Origin: Octopus vulgaris
Taxonomy: Eukaryota
Reading direction: 5' to 3'
Length of the DNA stretch: 64,000 nt
NCBI GenBank assembly: GCA_951406725.2
Contig: OX597818.1
Location: forward strand, 77,996,001-78,060,000
The position numbers were made by a program, and so were the translations under genes. This document shows, piece by piece, positions 57,421 through 64,000 of this stretch; position 1 is the stretch's first letter; the number at the start of each line of letters is the position of its first letter. The notes beneath the pieces were generated by a model. It saw only the letters and a list, made by a program, of their open reading frames with translations. It searched no databases and had not been told where the DNA came from.

Positions 57421-58153
57421 ATTATTATTATTATTATTAACAATAACAGCGGTTCACTCAGCTGGCAAAAATATGTTGTAACTGTAATTCAAAGGACCAG
57501 CCTTGTCACATTCTCTGTCTCTCTGTCACGCTGTATCTCCCTGAGAACTACGTGTCTGTGGAGTGTTCAATCACTTGCACGTTAATTTCACAAGCAGGCT
57601 GTTCCGTTGATCGAATCACTTGGAACACTCGTCGTCGTAAACAGATGGAGAGCCAAGCCAACAACAATAAACTAAAGCAAACGAGCTACTCCTGACCAGT
57701 GTGATTTTTGAATTAGATTGCAACGAGAAATTTGTAAACCGGGGATGGAGTGGGGGTTCAATCCTTATATTGTAATAACAACATTGGTAAAGCATTAAAC
57801 TGTGTCTAGTGGCGAGGCTCCAGTCTGGGAGTTCAGAAACTTTAGAGAGAATGAAGTCTCTCCTTAGTCACCACTACTCTGCTCTGGCTCGTTGCGGTTG
57901 TTAGTACCACCAAGGACCCTAATTATGGATCAAATAACAGAAGGGACCACCTTTGATACTTGACCTATAACTAGAACATACAGGGCTCGAGGAGGGCTGA
58001 ACCCTAGATATGTGACACAGGTTCACAGATGTGTGGATCTGTCCTGATGTCAAATGGACCTGTGCCTCTGTACAGATTAAGAAATATCAATGCGCTTCGT
58101 CCCTTTAAACATGAACAACACGTATCAACTCGAAACCATTTGATCACTTAAAT

Positions 58154-58485
58154 CAGTGATTCTCAACCATTTTTTCCCTATGGACCCCTTTGATCACTGT
58201 TTTATCCTAGTGGAATCCCTATAACTATTTGATATCTAAAAACTTGTTTTATAGATATCTCTTTCAAAATTCCCCTTTTTTCACACGATAACTTGTGTAG
58301 GTTGAACTATGTTAAAATTTTAGAGAAAAAAAACATAACTGTTTCTTCCATCTAAATCAAACTTTTCTCATAGACACTAAATATACTACTGTGTGTATCC
58401 AATTTGCTATTTTGCTTGCGTTGATACCCCCCCTCAATCTTGAATGGGCCCTAGGGGTCATATAGATTCCAGTTGAGAGCCACTA
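58154..58485. mobile_element. hAT/Charlie-type MITE
   Basis: CAGTGATTCTCAAC ... GTTGAGAGCCACTA TIRs; 8-bp TSD ACTTAAAT/ACTTTAAT. Confidence 0.75.
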
Positions 58486-58921
58486 ACTTTAATGGTCTTA
58501 CTAGCAATGAGAATCTTCCCGACAAATGCACATCCTTATTTAACAAAGACGGTGTCTCAGACTGGCCTTTCTTCTTCGGAGCAAGAAAATACTTCTGACC
58601 CCAACAATTACCATTCCTCCGGAAAAAAAAGTCCATGCGATACTCGCAATGGAACACTGTCCCCACATATGGAATAGTGATGCTGCTACACATATGGATT
58701 CTTTTAGGGCCCTCGACTCTTGAGAAAGTCTTAGGGGCACCGTCGAGATATGTAGTGTATTTTGGTTATTTTAAAAATGGCAGGTGTCCATTCCTCTCCA
58801 AGTCTGAACATAGCTGATTTATGCCAGATAGAGAGAGAGAAGGAAGGAAGACAGAAAGGCAGAAAGTGAAACAGAGAGAGAGAGAGAGAGAGAAGGAAGG
58901 AAGACAGAAAGGCAGAAAGTG

Positions 58922-58959
<38 letters not shown>

Positions 58960-59214
58960 AACCGAGAAACACAGTGAGAGAGACAGAAATACTGTAAGAG
59001 ATACCAAGAAAAGGAGACAGGCTGACAGAGAGGGGAATCGATCCCATTAATGATTAGTACTTTATTTATTGACCTCAACAAGATTTGAACTCAGAACACA
59101 GTGAATTGGAACGAATACTGCAAGGCATTCTATAAACGCTCCAACGACTCAGCCTACACACACACACACACACACCTTCAGAAAAAAGCCACTTAAATTT
59201 AAATACAGTCGTTT

Positions 59215-59585
59215 TCTCGCCTCAGGGTCTCACGTATACTGTATCATCTCACTCTCTTGTTTCTGCCGATGCTATAATGGCCACTGCTCTTCCAGAGCTG
59301 GTTGTAATTGCACCACCTCCACTCAAGTACACTTAACTCGCTGAACCTACCTACACTTGTCACTCACGTTGAGTGCAATCTTCTAAGACCACCAGTAATC
59401 ATTACTCTCAGTCCTTCTTCAACACAATATCGTCCTTCTGGAATTCCCTGACAGCGCATGTCTGTCCTACAGTCAACGTGTAACAGTTTAAACAGAATGT
59501 TCACAGTTTCACTGTCAACGGTGAGGTTAACCTACGAGACAACGGCAGCCTCAGGCTCTTCATCAAGACCAAACTAATAAGAAAA
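59215..59585 (+). mobile_element. Decayed CR1/Jockey-like LINE 3' end
   Basis: SLSCFCRCYNGHCSSE-like and FF..LWNSL-like motifs, A-rich tail. Confidence 0.45.
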
Positions 59586-59786
59586 AGGTGAGCATGTGTG
59601 TATGTATATATGCATATATATGTGTGTGTGTATATGTTTGTCTGTGTATACAAACACATACGCAAACATATATGCATGTGTATTCATACATTCACGCGCG
59701 CTTACACATTCACACAAACGTATATGAGCATAACCTGGATTTCGATCGAGATGGCTATATTATCAAAATAAATGTGCTATATATAT

Positions 59787-61053
59787 CAGGCTGAGGGAAA
59801 AGTAAGCAGCGTTTTGAACCATGAAGAATTTGTACCGGATTTTTGCAGAGTCTTGAATTTTTTAAAAACATTTTTAACATTTTAAACATAATACGGACAC
59901 AGACTTGCCCAAATGCATCAATAAATTAACATTGATATGTTTTTCACCGTTGTTACAATATTCTGAAATGGAGCTATCAAAGCGCGATATTCGAGCAATT
60001 TTACTATTCGGCTTCAAAAAGAAAAAAGGACGTAAAGCAGCTGAAACTGCTCGCGATATCAACGAAACGTTTGGTGAGGAAATGACCAGTGAGTGGTCAG
60101 CTCGAAAATGGTTTAAACGATTTCGCAGTGGAGATCTGAGCCTTGAAGATCGAAGCGTAGTAGACGCCCATCTGTCATCGATGGCGGTCAATTAAAGACC
60201 GTCATTGAGAAAGATCCGCGTAAAACCACTCGAGAACTGGCAAAAGAACTTCAAGTTAGCCAGAAAACTGCCTGCAACCATTTGCATGCGATCGGAAAAT
60301 CAAAAAAGCTCGACAAATGAGTACCACACGATTTGAATGAAAATCAGAAAATGCGCAGATATGAAATTTGCTCGTCGCTTCTTCTCCGTAACCAGACCGA
60401 TCCATTTCTCGACCGTATTGTAACTTGCGATGAAAAGTGGATTCTGTACAATAATAAAAAAATCTTCGCAGTGGTTGGACCAAAATGAAGCATCGAAAAG
60501 CTTCCCTAAACCTGAGCTCTTCAAAAAGGTTATAGTGACTGTTTGGTGGTGTACTATTGGACTCATCCACTACAACTTCTTAAAACCCGGAAAAACCATT
60601 ACTGCAGAAACATATCGCCATGAAATTGTCACAATGAACGAAAAACTGCTACTCCTCCGTCCCAGATTAGTCAATAGAAGAGGGCCAGTCATTCTTCATG
60701 ACAATGCTCGACCACACGTTTCACTAATGACGTTCCAGAAGTTAAGGGAACTTGGCTACGAAGTTCTTCCCCACCCAGCTTATTCCCCAGACCTTTCTCC
60801 TACCGACTACCACTTTTTCAAGCACCTTGATGGTTTCCTGCGAGAGAAGGAGTTCAAAAATCAAACCGATGCTGAAAGTGCGTTCAAAGAGTTCATCAGC
60901 CCCAGAACTCCAGACTTTTATGTTACCGAAATAAACAAACTTGTAACTCGTTAGCAAAAATGTGTTGATTGTAATAGTTGTTATTTGATGAATAAAATTT
61001 CCGCATTGTTGAAATATATTGTGATGAATTTCATGTTTCAAAACGTTGCTTAC

Positions 61054-61057
<4 letters not shown>
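59787..61057 (+). mobile_element. Mariner (DD34D) transposon, near full length, pseudogenised
   Basis: TIR AAAAGTAAGCAGCGTTTTGAACCATGA / TCATGTTTCAAAACGTTGCTTACTTTT; VTCDEKW, HDNARPH, YSPDLSPTDYHFF; frameshifts and stops. Confidence 0.92.
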
Positions 61058-61098
<41 letters not shown>

Positions 61099-61352
61099 TA
61101 TATATATTAATAAAACTACCATAGGGTAGTCAAGAACTACCATAATAAACACATAGTACCAAACGAGTGTTTATTACGGTAGACTTTTGACTTTAAGAAT
61201 CCCTCCTAGCGTGAAGCATTTATGTATAGTAATGCCCTTCATATAAATAAATACTCTTAAAGAGAATAATAAATTTTTTCCCTTATGAGGTTTTTCACGC
61301 TAACTACTTGATGAATTCTTATAAAGATTTTATCCTATTTTTAAATTGTATA

Positions 61353-61428
<76 letters not shown>

Positions 61429-61432
61429 TAGT

Positions 61433-62025
61433 TTACTTGTTACAGTCTTTTGATTGAGGCCATGCTGGGGCACCGCTCTGAAAGGTTTTAGTCGAACAAA
61501 TCGATCCCAGGAATTATTTTTTTAGAGGCTAGTACTTATTCTAGCGGTCTCTTTTGCCGATCCGTTAAGTTACGGGACATAAACACACCAACACCAATTA
61601 CCAAGCGATGGTCTCACACACACAGAGACACACACATGACGGGCTTCTTTCAGTTTCCGCCTACCAAATCCACTCACAAGGCTTTGGTAGGCCCGAGACC
61701 ATAGTAGACACTTGCCCAAGGTGCCACTGAACCCAGAAACTTGGTTAGGCGGCGAGCTGGCAGAAACGTTAGCACGCCGGGCAAAATGCGTAGCCGTATT
61801 TCGTCTGCCGTTACGTTCTGAGTTCAAATTCCGCCGAGGTCGACTTTGCCTTTTATCCTTTCGGGGTCGATAAATTAAGTACCAGTTACGCACTGGGGTC
61901 GATGTAATCGACTTAATCCGTTTGTCTGTCCTTGTTTGTCTCTTCTGTGTTTAGCCCCTTGTGGGTAATAAAGAAATAAGAAACTTGGTTAGGAAGCAAG
62001 TTTTTTTTTACCTCACACCCACTCA
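61433..62025 (-). mobile_element. SINE family A with nested family B SINE
   Basis: Family A sequence resumes after the insert. Confidence 0.75.
61748..61978 (+). mobile_element. SINE family B, full length with TSD
   Basis: AGAAACTTGGTT at 61735-61746 and 61979-61990. Confidence 0.85.
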
Positions 62026-62030
62026 TATAT

Positions 62031-62130
62031 NNNNNNNNNNNNNNNNNNNNNNNNNNNNNNNNNNNNNNNNNNNNNNNNNNNNNNNNNNNNNNNNNNNNNN
62101 NNNNNNNNNNNNNNNNNNNNNNNNNNNNNN
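62031..62130. other. Assembly gap (100 N)
   Basis: Run of n. Confidence 1.
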
Positions 62131-62196
62131 TGATTGATTGATTCCAGTTTCAGCCTCATGAGCTGTGGCCATGCTGGGGCACCGCCATTTATATAT

Positions 62197-62305
<109 letters not shown>

Positions 62306-62390
62306 ATGTTGTGCGGGACAAAAATCACGAAAGGACTTATATATATAACTCCTTTATTTACTATATCACAGCATGACGGACGAATGCGCA

Positions 62391-62445
<55 letters not shown>

Positions 62446-62837
62446 CCACACACACATACACACGTTCGTCGGAGCGTCGAGGATCCTATAGTCACTCTTA
62501 AGGATGACTGGTGACTTGCGCAATAACTTTGTTTAAAGTGAACAAAAAGTTGTGCATCGTCAACTTCACCCTGTCATCCGTGACCGTCTTAATCCAGGGA
62601 CAAGAACCTGGTCAAGACGACTGGGGATGGAAATGAGTCGCTGCAGTCGCCTTCCCCTCCGTTGAACCACGAATGTTTCTTTTGCAGAATCCGCCGGATC
62701 TAGTCTTCACGTGCATAGGTAGACAAGCTTTAATACGCCAAGTAACCCATGGATGAGATCCTGACAGATGCAACTACTCTGGGGCAGGGTAGGCCTGGAA
62801 ACAATAGTGGGTAAAGGCTGGCTCATTTTCCTCAAAT

Positions 62838-63032
<195 letters not shown>

Positions 63033-63345
63033 AATGAATGAAACGTGTGTGAGAGTACTCTAGGTGTGATAATCACAGCTTGAAAAATACAAAAATAGTA
63101 ATAAAAAGAATCTATTAAAATTTCAGGCTTTTCGTGACTTCTAAATGTGTGTGTATGCATATTATATGTATGTGTATGTATGAATATGCTTGTGCGTGTG
63201 TGAATGTATGTATGTGTGCGACTTACATCCATAGCTACGGTGGTGTGTGTGTATGGGGGAGGGTCGTCTAAAACTGTCAACCTCCCTACCGCAACATAGG
63301 GGTGTTATGATGCTTGAACATATATGGATACATGTGTGTGTGTGT

Positions 63346-63379
<34 letters not shown>

Positions 63380-63417
63380 AACCGTGCACGCTCGTGCGCG
63401 CGCCACAGATACTCACA

Positions 63418-63472
<55 letters not shown>

Positions 63473-63669
63473 CTATGTAACTATTCAACAAAGAACCATC
63501 AATATGGCCGCTCGACTTGCTAGAAATAACAGTCAATTCTTTCTCATATCACAGGTTACCGTCTTCAAAAAGAAGGTCGCATTGTAGTATGTATAACACT
63601 AGGTGGTGATCTAGTCACCCTTGGAACCCCTTCTATTGGGCCAGAACCACTGCTATGTCTGTATAGAAC

Positions 63670-63852
63670 AAGGCGGCGAGCTTGTTAGTGAGTCGGACAC
63701 AATGTTTCCGGCTCTTTACGCACTGGTTTCAAATTCCGCTGAGGTCGACGCTGTCTTTTTTTTCCATTCGGGGGGCGATAAAATAAGTGTCTGTTGAACA
63801 GTGGGTTTCATGTAATCAACTTGTTTCCCTTAAAATTGCTGGCCTTGTGCCA
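63670..63852 (+). mobile_element. Diverged SINE family B
   Basis: AAGGCGGCGAGCT..CAAATTCCGCTGAGGTCGAC. Confidence 0.7.
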
Positions 63853-64000
63853 TTATGTCTGTATGGAATATATGTAAGGAATATAGGATTGGATAATCCT
63901 GGAACACCTTTGATCTGATGATAGGATTACTGGATCATAGATCGCCTAGGGTTAAACAACAACAACAACGACGGCGACAACACTTCGCGGTCTTGCCCCA

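Noticed and set aside
58835-58955. ~62-bp GA-rich tandem duplication
   Set aside because: Ordinary slippage within an (AG)n tract
59905-60954. Domesticated SETMAR-like gene
   Set aside because: No SET domain; TIRs present; frameshifts and stops

Overview
AT-rich, microsatellite-saturated eukaryotic non-coding DNA. The two dominant tRNA-derived SINE families and the (AT)n/(CA)n density point to an Octopus (coleoid cephalopod) genome; this is an inference. There is no intact multi-exon host gene, and most ORFs in the track are microsatellite artefacts. Real coding signal comes from decayed transposons: piggyBac, Chapaev3 (both termini plus TAA TSD), two mariners, Tc1 fragments, CR1/L2-like, RTE and R4/Dong LINE fragments, and Penelope-like elements (PLEs). 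Two non-autonomous Helitrons and several MITEs are also present. The most interesting signal is a set of hammerhead-ribozyme-like motifs read by eye. These include a 399-bp tandem array (51573-52517) carrying one type I hammerhead per full unit on the minus strand, which is non-LTR-retrozyme architecture. A non-canonical CCGANGA core recurs in three unrelated repeat families, all inside a PLE-rich zone of palindromes and inverted duplication (46.2-53.3 kb). Three short ATG-to-donor phase-0 segments on + may be alternative first exons of a gene whose body lies outside the window. Boundaries of decayed repeats are approximate.
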